Shown: positions 1-12,523, counted from the first letter of the whole stretch. The stretch: 61,098 nt of DNA, filler included, from Asterionella formosa (GCA_002256025.1; 7 parts of 7 records of this genome joined end to end with filler, not necessarily neighbours in it), one strand, 5' to 3'. Notes: generated by a model not told the origin, from the letters alone. Numbers and translations are program-made.

Positions 1-625
1 AAGAAAACGACTCGCATCCGTACTTCTGATGATGAGGTGAGAGGTGATCCAAAAATGAATATGAACGACGACTAGAGGAAGCATAGCCGATCTCGCTCAT
101 ATCCTTCTGACGACAGCCGAGATGGTAGAAAGAATGAGAGCAAGAAACGTCGAATCTAGGGAAACTTTCGCAAAAAAAAAAAAAGGTTTTCGAGTTCAAC
201 GATCCAATCTAAGGTTGTTGCTCTACTGCACACTTTGCTACCTATTGGTAACTGGTAGTGGCAAGACATTGCCGGTTATCCAACTTCACGTTAACCTTCC
301 AGTTTCACGCCTTATCACAAAATCAATAAAAGTAGTGATCCAAATGGTATGAACAATGTCAATGACCCGTAGTAACAACGTTTTGTTTGTAACGCGAACG
401 AGCAATTTGCACTTTCGAAAGATATTTTCAAACAATTCGATATTATCCTCCCAATAGCTGCGGCCAGTCACCACCTCATGCTTGCAAATTTATCACAGCT
501 CATCCCAATGTCATGGCTTAAGGTTTGCGTCTTTGGTCATATGGACGAATTCATTCGATCACATCGTATTACTTGACTTGTAGCCGTGGGAGGCGGTTTG
601 AGGACGAATGCTTCGCCTCCTCAAC

Positions 626-1237
626 TTACAACGTTTCATTCAGAAAGGCGGACAATATACTGCTAAGTTCTATTAAAATTTCGTTGTTTGGGTCAAGAGG
701 TTCGATTGGAATGTAATACTGGTACATCGATGCTTCTTCCAAGAAAAGTTCCGAGACCAGTGCATCAAACGAGTCGGCTTCGTCGTCGCACTGTGGTTTG
801 CATGGAATTCCGGCAATCATGTTCCCAGTACACCATGGCCTACTAGCCAGTTTGGATATGCTCTCAACATAATTCGAAGTTGGTGTCATCGCCAATTCTA
901 CTCCCATGTTTAGATTGGATTCCATCTCTTCAATGGGTTGAAAATCGAAAATCATTGATTTTGTTGCTGTTCCATGTGCTTCCAGTTCCAGATTGTGGAC
1001 GAGACGCTCTGTCTCCGAATAAGGAACGGGCGACAATCTGACAGTCGAGTTTAGCAAGCTGAAGTGTATCTTCATAAAAATTTGAGGAGGCGCTTGGTCG
1101 CTGGATTGTTGTGTTGTGTAGAGCATCTCACTAAGAAATTGCTTCTCGCAATTTTTGACCAACCTTTTCTCTGGCATGTTCATCGCCAATTTCAAACCAT
1201 TGAATTGTCGCCTTATCATACTTGATGAAATTTCCAT
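626..1237 (-). CDS. Hypothetical protein (~203 aa, start MEISSSMIRRQF)
   Basis: Long ORF with ATG at 1237. The upstream ORF extension runs through a microsatellite and is probably UTR. No recognisable domain. Confidence 0.5.
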   Translation of the reverse strand: MEISSSMIRRQFNGLKLAMNMPEKRLVKNCEKQFLSEMLYTTQQSSDQAPPQIFMKIHFSLLNSTVRLSPVPYSETERLVHNLELEAHGTATKSMIFDFQPIEEMESNLNMGVELAMTPTSNYVESISKLASRPWCTGNMIAGIPCKPQCDDEADSFDALVSELFLEEASMYQYYIPIEPLDPNNEILIELSSILSAFLNETL

Positions 1238-1246
1238 TTTTTTATT

Positions 1247-1291
1247 TGATCTGATCTGATCTGATCTGATCTGATCTGACCTCATCTGATC
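1247..1291. repeat. (TGATC)n pentanucleotide microsatellite
   Basis: About 6.5 perfect units at 1247-1279 plus degenerate units, just upstream of the 1237 ATG. Confidence 0.95.
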
Positions 1292-1961
1292 AATGATTGA
1301 AAGAACGACGAGAGACTTGCCAAGCTTATCATAAGGGTGAATGTATTTGTCTAAATGCATTGCGACAATTGAGACGAAATCGTTTATTGCCCATATGATT
1401 GTATACCGTCCTCCCTCTGCCACAGATACAGTCGAAAACTGAAGGAGAGTATTGTTCGTGAAGCTGAACACTCGTTCTGGTGGGAGAATAAAAGGGAAAC
1501 ATACTTGAAGTCATGGTATGACGCAATTAATTTGAATGGGGGATTATCGATTAGATGACATTTTTGGATCTGCGTGCTGATTTCGTGAGGAGGTGAAAAA
1601 ATATTTTAAATTGCAACAGTTGCAACTGTTGAAGGGCTCGAAAGACAATACTACCGGGTACCTTTTTACTCAAGTCAAGGTTTCTCATATTGTAAAATAA
1701 TTGAAATTACTTCAAAAATATCAATCATGCCAACCGGTTCTCCCATATTTAATATCACCAAATTCGATTCAAGACTTATGCCGATACTCCCACTAATTTC
1801 GATCCCACTTTCTGTCCCCATAGTCATTTCACGACTTGACTTTTAAGACTCTCAACATCCCCCGGAGTCTTTGTACCTGGTACCAGGTACCAGATACCTG
1901 GTAACATCCAACAGCAACCAGGCACTAACATTTGATGGACAAGAGTATGCATTTGAATACC

Positions 1962-2082
1962 GTAGCAGAATAATATAATAATCAAACGAGCGGCGCGGCC
2001 GAGATATTCTAAATCTTGACCGGTCATTCCGGGGCAGTACTTTGGAGCGCGCTACGTTGGAAGAAGCGCCATTAATTTCAAC
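1962..2082 (+). mobile_element. Partial LTR related to the TRIM at 18833-19452
   Basis: Shares ATCTTGACCGGTCATTCC.GGGCA...TGGAGCGCGCTA...GCGCCAT...TTCAAC with the 3' half of both TRIM LTRs. Confidence 0.75.
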
Positions 2083-2295
2083 GCTGGTACTGGTACCACC
2101 GGTATGATATTCGAACAAGCAAGTACCACCGGTAGTCATCAATAAGTTTCTGTGCCTGTTTTATCCGCAAAACAAATCCTTATTCCCATCCTGTACAACA
2201 TCCTTCATCACGGTGTCGCATGTTCGTTCCCTTCCACCAAGCACCATCACAACAATCATCAGCCATTATCATTTCTCATTACCTATATTATTATT

Positions 2296-2904
2296 ATGTT
2301 AGCTCCCCGAAAGACACTGTGGTCGACACCAGCAACGCCCGTCTTGCAACTACTAAAGGAATGGATCCCATTGACATCTTCTGATGTTGTTTGTGATGTT
2401 GGTTGTGGCGATGCTTCACTCTTGATCCAATGGCAAGCCATGATTTGTTCTGACAACATTGATGGGGTACGGTTCATAGGAATCGAATTAGATCCTGATC
2501 GTGCTGCGTTGGCGCAACAACGATGTACATTAGCCACAACAGCAGCACGACAACAACAGCCACCTCTGGGACATACCGTTAGTACTACTACTTCTTCTAT
2601 TACAACAAACCCGTTTATTTACTGCGGAAACGCCTTATCGGAACATGCCAATGAATTATATCACGATGTGACGATATTCTTTTTATATTTAATCCCAAGA
2701 GGGTTACGATTGATGCTCCCAATTCTATTAGAATTGGCAACCAAACGGTGCATTCATGTCGTCACGTACATGTCACCACTTCCAGGAATCCTTCCAATGC
2801 GACAAGGAATCGTAGAAGTAGATCATCAACCTGGAGCAAAATGGCCCTTGTATTTGTATCAAATTGATAAAACACACATACGAAGGATGGAGCATATCAA
2901 TTGA
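2296..2904 (+). CDS. Class I SAM-dependent methyltransferase (~202 aa)
   Basis: Motif I VCDVGCGD, acidic motif FIGIELD, then TIFFLYL and VVTY strands. First ATG at 2296 (MLAPRKTLWSTP). Confidence 0.85.
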   Translation: MLAPRKTLWSTPATPVLQLLKEWIPLTSSDVVCDVGCGDASLLIQWQAMICSDNIDGVRFIGIELDPDRAALAQQRCTLATTAARQQQPPLGHTVSTTTSSITTNPFIYCGNALSEHANELYHDVTIFFLYLIPRGLRLMLPILLELATKRCIHVVTYMSPLPGILPMRQGIVEVDHQPGAKWPLYLYQIDKTHIRRMEHIN

Positions 2905-3540
2905 TTATGGGAATATTTATGTTAAACCGGTTCTTTTCAAGAAAGGAAAAACATATTTCTCTTTTATTCAAATTTCGAATTTTGTCATTTAGAAAGAAAA
3001 AAGCCAACACATTCTTGTGTTGCAATCAACAATTTCATGGGATATTTTATAGATTTTAAAAGTGTCTATCACACCATTATTGTTAATGAGAAAAGTTTGG
3101 TGAAGGGAGGAAAAACATTATGAATGGTGAGTTTCATTGCCATTTTAGCCATTCAACATTTGGCTTTTCAGGTCAATAAATGATTGGATTGACGATCCCA
3201 TGAGAGGAATACTTCGAGAGTTTTTGGTATGTACCACGGAATTTATGCGGAGATCAAGGAGTGTGAGTTAAAATTCAAGTGAAGAACAATGAAGAAATGA
3301 AAAGATTATAACCATACACATCGATGTAAATAAATGGTCTGCGTGATTGGAGTGAGAGTAACCAGTTCTCTAGAAGTGCATGGTACTGTTTTGACGAATA
3401 TTCACTATTAGGATTTTTATTGTACACAACATTTGGGAATTGAGAGTTAATTGAATTTTAATATTTATTAAATTCATAGTAAAGGGCCATCTCGGGGAAA
3501 TCCGAGATGAATAACACTGCTGCACATGGTTGGGGGTCGC

Positions 3541-5529
3541 TTACACTGTTTGTTTGCAAGTATTACCAGTAATTACCTTAACGAGAGAATTGCTGTTTAA
3601 CTTGGTGTGATAACAAATCAGGGTTCCATTGTTAATGGCATTTTGCACCAAGTTCAAGGTACCTGTACCATCAAGTGGAAGGAACATTGTGGAGTTATAC
3701 TTGAGCTTGAATGAGTCACCAGCCAGTTGACAAATGGTGCTGGCAGTAGTACAACTAGTATCGGGTTGAATACTATCAATAATGCCTGCCCCAGTCAATA
3801 CAGCAGCTCCACTTGCAATAGGACCTTTCAACAACGCCGAAAGCATGGCATTGAAGGCTGCCTCAAGCTCAGCTCGTTGTGGGTTTCCTGCCTGCATCAA
3901 GGTAGTATTCGAGAGACCGACAGTGTTGGTAATACGGAACTGGTTCTTAATTATATACGCCTTGTCATAGACAATAGCATTTGGGGTGCCGGATGGGCAA
4001 ATTCCACCTGTGGTAACTTGCACGAGCGTGGTTGGATAGAGTCTCTTGAGCTCACAATCGAGTTTGCCAACCGAAATTGCGGTATTGACGAGATTGGATA
4101 CCGTTGTTGGTGCATTAGAATCAGTCGAGGTGAAATTGAAAATAAACGATGCAGTCACGTTGTTGCAAAGTGAACCGGCAGGGCTTGAAGTGGCACAAGC
4201 AGAGTCCGCAATTGTCGCAAGCTTATAACCACCATATTTCACAGGATACGTTGCTGTAAATCCCGTCAAAGCCGTGTTGACCACAGAGGCGTAAGCAGCC
4301 AAGAGTTGCATGGCTGCTGCATTCGACGGATCCTTCAACATGCCAGTTGTGATATTTCTTGGATGCATAATGCGAAACATGTGCTGAACAGTAGCCGAAG
4401 CAAGAGGGGGACTGGTTGGTGCGCCAGTTGGTGGGTTCGTTATTACTGGAGCAGGGGTTGGTGCTAACGTAGCGGTGGGGCATTTAGTTCCAGATCGCAC
4501 TGTAATGAGCGAGCTCGGATAGAGACGCTTATGCTCACAAATCAAGTTTCCGGCGTTGATTGACGTTTGCATGAGAGTGGGGTCGGGGGTACCAGTAATC
4601 AAACTGGCATAATACCGGAGGGTAAATTTTGCCGAGACAAGGTGGCATGTAGCTGAAAGGCCTACTGGACAGTTGGTGTTGGCGACACTCAAAGATCCAA
4701 CTGTTATTGTTGCCCCCCTGGCCACGTCACTGGCTTCGACCTTGTTGAGAAGTGATTTGTATGCTGTCCTGAGCTCAATTTTGTACGCGTTTCCGTTGGT
4801 ATTGAGGGTAATGTCATTAATTCCGGCAGTGTTGGAAATAAAGAATGCGTTAGTTACCTCGACGGAGGTTAAAGGTGGCATGGTTGGTGCCCTGCTCGGC
4901 GCTCTAGTCGGAGCAGCGCTATTTTCCGGACAAGCCGCTCCAGATCGAATGAGGATTGAGGAGGTGGGGTATAGCTGCTTCATGCGACATTGGAAGTAGC
5001 CAGCATTAATGGCATTTGTCACATTTGTGCTGGCAGCACTGGCAGCGGAAGGTGGGTAGCTGGTGTTCAGGTATTGCAAGGTGAAAGCGACAAAGACCTT
5101 CGAGCAGGTCGTGCCAGTGATGGTGGGCAGAGATCCAGGGCAAGTTGCATTGGCCGTTGAATTGACCAAAGTAATCGTTGGGTTGGAAATATTTGCAGCA
5201 GGAAGAAATATTGCGTTTCGAATGGCAGCGTTGAGAGCGCCTGCGATCTGCTTATTCTCGGTTGTACTGGTGAGATTCAACGCTGCCGCAGTAAGAGCCA
5301 CTGGATGTTGCGCGACGAAACCGAGCGAGAGAGTCCACTTGTATGTCGTCTGCGAGAATGAACGAGGCGGACCGGGTCATACCGAGAGAACGCAGAATGG
5401 TTAGAATGGATCACAGGCAAAGCCTGGAACTACGTTGCAGCCGAGCCTCATCCTTACCTGGCCGGAAACCAACGGTGCGCCAATCAACAGAAGAGCTGTC
5501 AAGCAAAGAAGTTGCTTACCGGTATTCAT
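3541..5529 (-). CDS. Secreted protein (~626 aa) with four Cys-containing ~130-140 aa repeats; 2 exons (5529-5458, 5349-3541)
   Basis: Exon 1 encodes signal peptide MNTGKQLLCLTALLLIGAPLVSGQ. Phase-0 intron 5457-5350 (GTAAGG...CTAAC...CAG) joins in frame to the 586-aa ORF. Repeats end in I(N/S)xGxxxC...GxxC; the first three are separated by APT-rich linkers. Confidence 0.88.
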
Positions 5530-7912
5530 GACGAATAAATCTACAATTGCAATTCAAGGAAATTGTTTAATGTTTGCAATTGTTATGATTGTATTTTATG
5601 TCAAAACTGAGTTCGTTATGCTTCATGAGGAAATGTGAATGATGACCGCCAAATATAAATAATTAAGGATGTCGGCAAATCCGATGGAGACTCGAATGCA
5701 TCCTCCCTCATGAATTTTTATACGCCGGTATGTTTATGTGTAAATGTACACTCTGAAGGGCAGTGATAAATTGTAAGACCAACATTTATACCGATTTGAC
5801 ATGTCTCCCGGGACCACCTCTTTTTACCTACAGTATAATGAATTGCAAGTATGCACCTCTGTATAGGTGCCCGGTAGACTCGCAAAATATTTTTGCTATA
5901 TATTTTAAGCTGGCTAGTTTGTAGTTACTTGAATAATGTATTTATATATACCTAAATATAGCAAATTATGTAAAATAAATGTTAAATCCCTGATACCTCC
6001 TTGCTTTTGATAGAAATGCTCAAGTTACGTACGCACCAGTACAGGTACCGGTAATTGATTATGTACAGCGTGCCGCGATGTAGATTATTTTTGCCAGTGT
6101 ACCAGGTACCAGATGCTCGATGCTCAGTAGGAACAAGTTAGTACAGTCACGAGTGTGACTTAGACAAAAATAGACACAACTGCCTTCAACCCAAATGAAA
6201 TTTTACAACCAACCACTGCCGTAATGTCTATTATCAAGTTACTCGTCCCTTGTAGAACTCTTGCCTTCGCAGTAACAAAGTGGATACTTTAGGTACATTC
6301 ATATGTGAATAAATGCATTCATTTATGGATATATTCATTACCAATTATTTTCAACCACAACAACTTACTTGGGTCATTCTTCGTGAAGAACGACGATATC
6401 TACCGGTACACATGTGTTAACATGCAGCAGTCCTCGTGACGGATGGAAATTTTGAACCGAAAATGTGGTCTCCAGGAAAGTCATGTAGGACAATTTTTTT
6501 AAAGGATTTTTTTCATTTCTTCACTTTTCTCTATAGTCGAATATTTATGAAGGGACTCCTTGTGACAACATGTTCCATCACAGGACCATGAAATATAATG
6601 GATGAAGTAATATTCATTATTAAGGAAATCATCAAATTGATATGTTTCTCCAAAAGGTTCTGGATCACATGGCAATGTCATTTAGCCTTTTTTTACAGTT
6701 TATAACTTATCATTGTCTTTATTGCTGTTTCTGCATTAACACAATTAAAAAAATGAAGCCCATGTGCTCACAGCAGCCACCTATCACCTTCTCCCACCCG
6801 TTTTCCTTGTTTCGACTGATACAATTTGCTTATTGCAGACAGAGGTCTTGCTTCTCGAATTGGTTTGTGCAGGTTTAGCAAAAAGCCTTTCCAAATGATG
6901 GCTGCTCAAGACAAACTGCTGATTAGTAGTACTATGGGAAGATAGTGATAATTCTCAACACGACCTTGACTGATTACCATCATAAAACATGGCCATTCTT
7001 GTGAATTGGACGTGTTTTTTGTTTTGAATTTTGTGCTTGCTTGCTAGATGAAGCAAAAGACCGATTTTCTATGATTCTAATAACTATTTGAAATCCAAAA
7101 ATATAGTATTCTACCCAATAGTAGCTGTTAGCTTTCGAAGTTGTTCATATGCCACTGCTAACAAGAGTTGGCTTAAAAACCAAATATATAAATATATAAT
7201 TAATTTTTAGAATGCTGTAACTATGGTGACCCGCCCGGTAGAACACAATGCTATGAAGCTACCAATTAATTTATGACTTTTTGGACCACACTGTAGAAGG
7301 TGATGAGCAAGACAAAGAACTAAGCAAGCTCGACCTAGATGTATGGAGTATGACTCGGCGACTCCAAGGGACGATCGATTCTTGTTCATGCTAGGAAGAG
7401 TGATGAGATACTACTAAGGGTGGAGCCTCTTGGACATAGTAGTGTGACTGGAATTGTAATCAGCACATTGCTGAAGTTTTTTCTTTCCCAGCTACTATCT
7501 GTAATGACAGACTTTGTTGTACACAAGCAAGGTATCTTGTTGGATTGGTGAATATATATATCTTGATATGAAAAAATTGGATGCTTACTCACTGCAAGAC
7601 TTTGGGATGTATCTGATGATGAAAGAATCATGATCATGTATCATCCAAGAAGGTGAAGTCTCTATGTGCAATTATAGAGGCACACCTAGAAGTGCTGACT
7701 ATCAATGATATGTTTGGGTTCAACAGAGAGGATAAGTTATTATCAGATATTATTCCTTTCAAAGCTGAAGGAAATGAGTTAAACAAAGATAAAGCGGTGA
7801 ATGCTAAAATTCAAGGGATGGAAAATGTGATCATGTCGTTGATATCCCCAGTAAATACCAGCACATACCGGTACCCTCTACATAAATTACCAGGGTACCT
7901 GTAGTGTACAGT

Positions 7913-8343
7913 ACTGGTAGTTAGATGATATGTAACCATGTCATTGCTAATAATCTCACCCATTTCATAGGAGTACCAGGGTGTACAGCAGAGTACCTAC
8001 CGTTATGTTACCGATTCTCGTCATTGAGCTCATTTGGTCCTTCTTTGTTACCTCGTCCTATGTACTGTCTCCAAGTCTTCCTCATCGTCATCATCTCTGA
8101 ATAGCCTCGTTCATAGTACCTGGTAGTATGCAAAACTGGTAGTTAGATGATGTATAACCATGTCTTCGCTAATAATCTCACCCGTTTCATAACAACAACC
8201 CTAGGAGTACCAGGGTGTACGTACAGCAGGGTCCCTATCGTTGTGTTACCGATTCTCGTCATTGAGCTCATTTGGTCCTTGTTTGTTACCTCCTATGTAC
8301 TGTCTCCAAGTCTTCCTCATCATCTCTGAATAGCCTCGTTCAT
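7913..8343. repeat. Tandem duplication of a ~200-bp unit (7913-8114, 8135-8343)
   Basis: Both copies run ACTGGTAGTTAGATGA...TTACCGATTCTCGTCATTGAGCTCATTTGGTCCTT...CTCTGAATAGCCTCGTTCAT. Confidence 0.9.
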
Positions 8344-8656
8344 CATATTTGAATAGCCTGGTTCATGGTATTTCATCTTCATGCAGCATTTTACAAAGGA
8401 GATATGATGAGCACATACATAACATTCATGATAGCGAGTGAGCTACTTTTGTAGCTGTAGATAGTGGACATGAGAATCTTCAAGACTGTAGTCATGAGGA
8501 GAAAGGACTCAACTATTTGGTACCAGTAGCCTACAAAACTTCGAACAGGTATGATCAAAATTGTATTATCTATTCTAGTTAGCTTATTATCGCAGTATGT
8601 AATCTGAAGGAAATCTATTTATATTCGGGGAAAATCTGGTCTTGGGGTCGGGGGGG

Positions 8657-8756
8657 NNNNNNNNNNNNNNNNNNNNNNNNNNNNNNNNNNNNNNNNNNNN
8701 TTAATTAATTAANNNNNNNNNNNNNNNNNNNNNNNNNNNNNNNNNNNNNNNNNNNN
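8657..8756. other. Artificial contig spacer N44-TTAATTAATTAA-N44
   Basis: Exactly 100 bp, with a six-frame stop linker. Confidence 0.98.
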
Positions 8757-10273
8757 GTTGAATCAGATGATGACCTCAGTTGAGACCGTGGAAGCCTGGG
8801 TGATATGGATCTTGGCTGTGGAAAGCGCGAAGTATTGCGTAGCGGGGTGTCGATAGGAACAACATATGCCTCAGGAGCAATGTTTTGCACAACGACTCCG
8901 TCGACATTGGGCAAATCATCTTCTAGGGACGACCGGCGATTGCTCTTTCGACCGAAGATGGGTGCAATTTGCCTTGTTGTAACTAGATTCGGTTCAGATC
9001 GCCTTGATTCTGGTACGATATTGACATGGCTTCCAAGATTAGAATCGTAAGAATCCGAAGTGGATTCCCGATTCAGTTCCCTGGCATCGTCAAGCAACGC
9101 TTCATTCGCCGGAATGACACTCAGCTGCTCTGAACCTTTCCATCTAAAGTTGTACATAAATCTTCCCGTTGCTTCAACAACACTACTTGGCTGCCCTATG
9201 AGAACAAGAGCTGGTACACATGGAATGCCATGCACAGTCAATCCAGAAAAGCTACTTGGTAGAGCCAACAAGGCCCCGTTCCTTGTAAAAAAGATACGTC
9301 GCATGCCCAAAATCTCTACCCCAAGTCCCAATGTGACGCCTGCTTCCATTGACGGCATTCCCAAGTCATTCGCAACGACTCGTCCAGAAACCCACAATGT
9401 GCCATCCGAGGACAAAGCGATGGAATTGGGGGCTTCTCCTGCCAGACGCACTTCTTCCTCTGCGACCAGCCCGATTCGTATCACAGAGTTTGTCTTAAGC
9501 GTGACTTCAAAGTAAAAGACATCAGAGGAGTTGAAATGTCGATTGTTTTGTTCCGATGTTGTTGTTGCAAGTTGCAAATTCGGCGACCGGTCCAAATTGT
9601 CCATGGAGGCGATACCTCGCATCGATGAAGAATTGGTAATATCCAAGGATGGATACGCATGAATCCCAGCCGCCGGTTTCTTGGCCACTAAATTGGAAAG
9701 CGAGGAGTCTGGTGTCGTCCTCCCCGCGCTGACCACACTGCCGTCTCGTTGTCTCTTTCGCCTTAGCGCTACTCGTTTGAGCTCGTCAGTCGGAATAATC
9801 TGATTCCCTACCACCATACATGTTCTCGTAGCCCTGACACACATGCCTTGATTAGAAATGACAAGGTCCGGATTGCGAGAAAGCGCAATAAAGCCAGAGG
9901 GTAAGACATTCTCCAGGGTCATGGCAGAGTGGTCTGTTTTGGAGTCGTTACTCCATGATACAGAAGCCTCTCGTCCTAAACGTTCCGGTTCCGGAACCGA
10001 TGCGACGTTGGAATGAGTTGGTTCAGAGCTCCTCGTCCGCCGTAATCGACCTGGAATGCGAAAGCCTCTGCCGCTTCCGCTGTTCTGGTACTCCAGTGTT
10101 GCCTCTGGCGCCGGTGGCGTCGAGCACCTTCCGCCATTCACATGATTCGATCCGAACGATCCTGAGGATAAATAGTCGCTTTCTGATAGGGACTCAATGG
10201 ACGAACGCGAGGTTTTACTGCGACGACGAGTAAAGCTAAAGCGTTGTTTGCGTTCCCCTTCTTGCTGACTCAT
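8757..10273 (-). CDS. SPRY/B30.2-domain protein, 3'-truncated by contig end
   Basis: ATG at 10273 (MSQQEGERK). SPRY-like motifs FYFEVTL..IRIGL, SIALSSDGTLW, GVTLGLGV..RRIFFTRNG and CVPAL, with Ser/Arg-rich flanks. Confidence 0.8.
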
Positions 10274-10910
10274 AATGACTCGTTTTTTGGGCACGTAACG
10301 TAGTTGCTTCTANNNNNNNNNNNNNNNNNNNNNNNNNNNNNNNNNNNNNNNNNNNNNNNNNNNNNNNNNNNNNNNNNNNNNNNNNNNNNNNNNNNNNNNN
10401 NNNNNNNNNNNNNNNNNNNNNNNNNNNNNNNNNNNNNNNNNNNNGTTGCTTCTACGGCTCCGCAGCTGCTTGTTGCACTAGTTTCGCACAGCGCCTTGTC
10501 TCGGTGTCTATGGTGAGCAGTCTGCGAAGGCATCAATCAATGAATCAATGAAGTGGTAATGGACGAACACTCGCAATGGAAGACCCGATGTGTATGTGCT
10601 GCCGGAATTTTTATGATGTTGCAACAATTATTGAGGTACATTTGCAGCAGCTACTACATTGAACGGAACAAGGAAATCAGTGTACCGGTATCTATGTAAA
10701 TATCGGTACTGCTATTTAATAATTGCTCTGGATATGTACTATTAAACGAGATCAAGATGCATGTAATCTACTCGTTCATTTATATATAAATCATTTGTCT
10801 ATCAAAAATTAACGGTACTGCATAGTATAGGCACAGTAGATACATATTTGTCAACGAAAGAGTTGTCATAGGCTATGAAATGGACCAGCACCAGAGTTTT
10901 AGTCTACCTC

Positions 10911-11390
10911 GTACCTGGTAGTCTAATGGTACCTGGTAGTCTAATGGTACCGGTGTCATCAAACATTGGCACGCAGGTTTTAGGAGGTGGTACCAGGACC
11001 TGGTACCTGGTACCAGACCTGTATACTCGAAGTATGGTACCAGGTTCCGGTAACTTGTTCGTAGCACCAGGGTACTCGGTAAGATAACGTATACGGTAAT
11101 CTTTAAACCACCATCAGCTAACTGACAATACCGTATTTTGTTTATAGCATCAGACTAGGTATCAGGTACCGATGTAGGTAGGAGTACAAGTACCAGTTCC
11201 AGATAGCTGATATGTACCTGGTACCGTATTCTCTTCAGACCATTAGCTAACAATACCGTATTCTGATACCTGTACGCTGGTATAGGTTCCGGTACCGGTA
11301 CCGTACATACCAGCAAACTACCGCTAACGGTGCGGTAGTTGGACTATTACCTAACAATACCGTATACTGTTTATAGCAACATACTACCGG
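10911..11390. repeat. TA-CCWGG-TA / TA-CCGG-TA motif-rich patch
   Basis: Many TACCAGG, TACCTGGTA and TACCGGTA words upstream of the SPRY gene. Confidence 0.8.
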
Positions 11391-11401
11391 TATGTAGAAT
11401 G

Positions 11402-11430
11402 TACTCCCTCTGTCCGAAAACAGTTGCATC
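11402..11430 (+). mobile_element. Single Stowaway/DD39D-mariner-like terminus
   Basis: TA followed by CTCCCTCTGTCCGAAAA, resembling the CTCCCTCCGT TIR consensus. No partner TIR found. Confidence 0.45.
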
Positions 11431-11615
11431 GATTATCGGAACCCCATTGCCGAGCAGCTTATTTTAGCACGGATTGTGTAGACTATATACAAATTTTCTA
11501 CGTGAGGGTCGGCTTACTCGGAAAAATGCGTGTTTCAGACGTGAACATAAATTCTGTTTTGTCATTTAATAAATATACCGATAGTTGCATAAAATTCGAA
11601 CCAAGTACGAACTTA

Positions 11616-12523
11616 CGGTTGCTGCATTTCAACCCTAGTTTAGAGGTAGGGTTAAAAAAATAATATTGAGTCAAAATACTCAAACAAACAGTTCTTACTA
11701 GAATAGCGTAAATGTATATCGTATACGGAGCTTTCACCAATATACACCCTTTCCATATGATTAGATGCAGTCATTGATCAAACTAGGGGTATAGGTCAAC
11801 GTTATATATCGTCAGGATATAGGATCTGGCGAGAAACTGCAGAAAAGAACTTCGACTTGTTTTTTTACTACTGTATGCAATAAAGACTGGAAATTTCAGG
11901 GGAAATCACTTTATTTGGCATAGTAAAAAACCGAAGTTCCTTTCTGCAGTTTCTCGCTAGAAGTTATAAACTGATGCTATTGGAAGGTTACTTATGAATC
12001 TAAATTGCCTTCAGACCCAGCCAACGTTGAGATATTGTCATCCAAAAATTCGACCAAAATCGGCTTTCTTCTGTCTCCAAAATATCGGAATCAGAACCAC
12101 TTAGCGCCGAAACGTCATCATCTGAATCAGAGTCTTGTGATGCAATATTTAGTTGTAAAATTTCCGGTACAAAAAATGATGCAATATTTAGTTGTAAAAT
12201 TTCCGGTACCGAAAATTCCATTGTAAGTGCGCACAGTATTATATATACCACTTGTTGAGTGCACTTTCAAATATTTGCTGAGCCACTGGGTCGTATATAA
12301 GAAACATAATTGTTGGTATTTTTACATATGATAGCGATGTACAATGTTTTTAGCAAATTCGAAAAGGAATCTATGTACGTATGCAAAAAATTCCACTGAT
12401 TTGAATATTTCAAATGGAATCATATCATTCAAAAATAGCTCATGTAAATTCTTAGTTCCAGGGAATTTCGGCAACCCTAAGCAATATTTTAATTTTTGCC
12501 TTAGGGTTGACATGCAGCACCCT
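11616..12523 (+). mobile_element. Non-autonomous PIF/Harbinger-type element (MITE), copy A
   Basis: Imperfect 23-bp TIRs (CGGTTGCTGCATTTCAACCCTAG / TTAGGGTTGACATGCAGCACCCT), flanks TTA/TAA. Homologous to 18680-20461 (inverted) and 36749-37290. Confidence 0.75.

Noticed and set aside
1..159. RS-like reading frame (RKHSRSRSYPSDDSR...KKRRI*) at the contig start
   Set aside because: In-frame stop at 73-75 and too short to call, though it may be a gene tail.
1614..1631. Perfect 18-bp palindrome CAACAGTTGCAACTGTTG
   Set aside because: Single occurrence with no supporting context.
3488..3509. 8-bp hairpin after the secreted-protein stop
   Set aside because: Short, and intrinsic terminators do not apply to a eukaryotic nuclear gene.
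8701..8712. TTAATTAATTAA recurring every ~8.7 kb as a biological periodic signal
   Set aside because: Always centred in exactly 88 Ns; a synthetic six-frame-stop linker.
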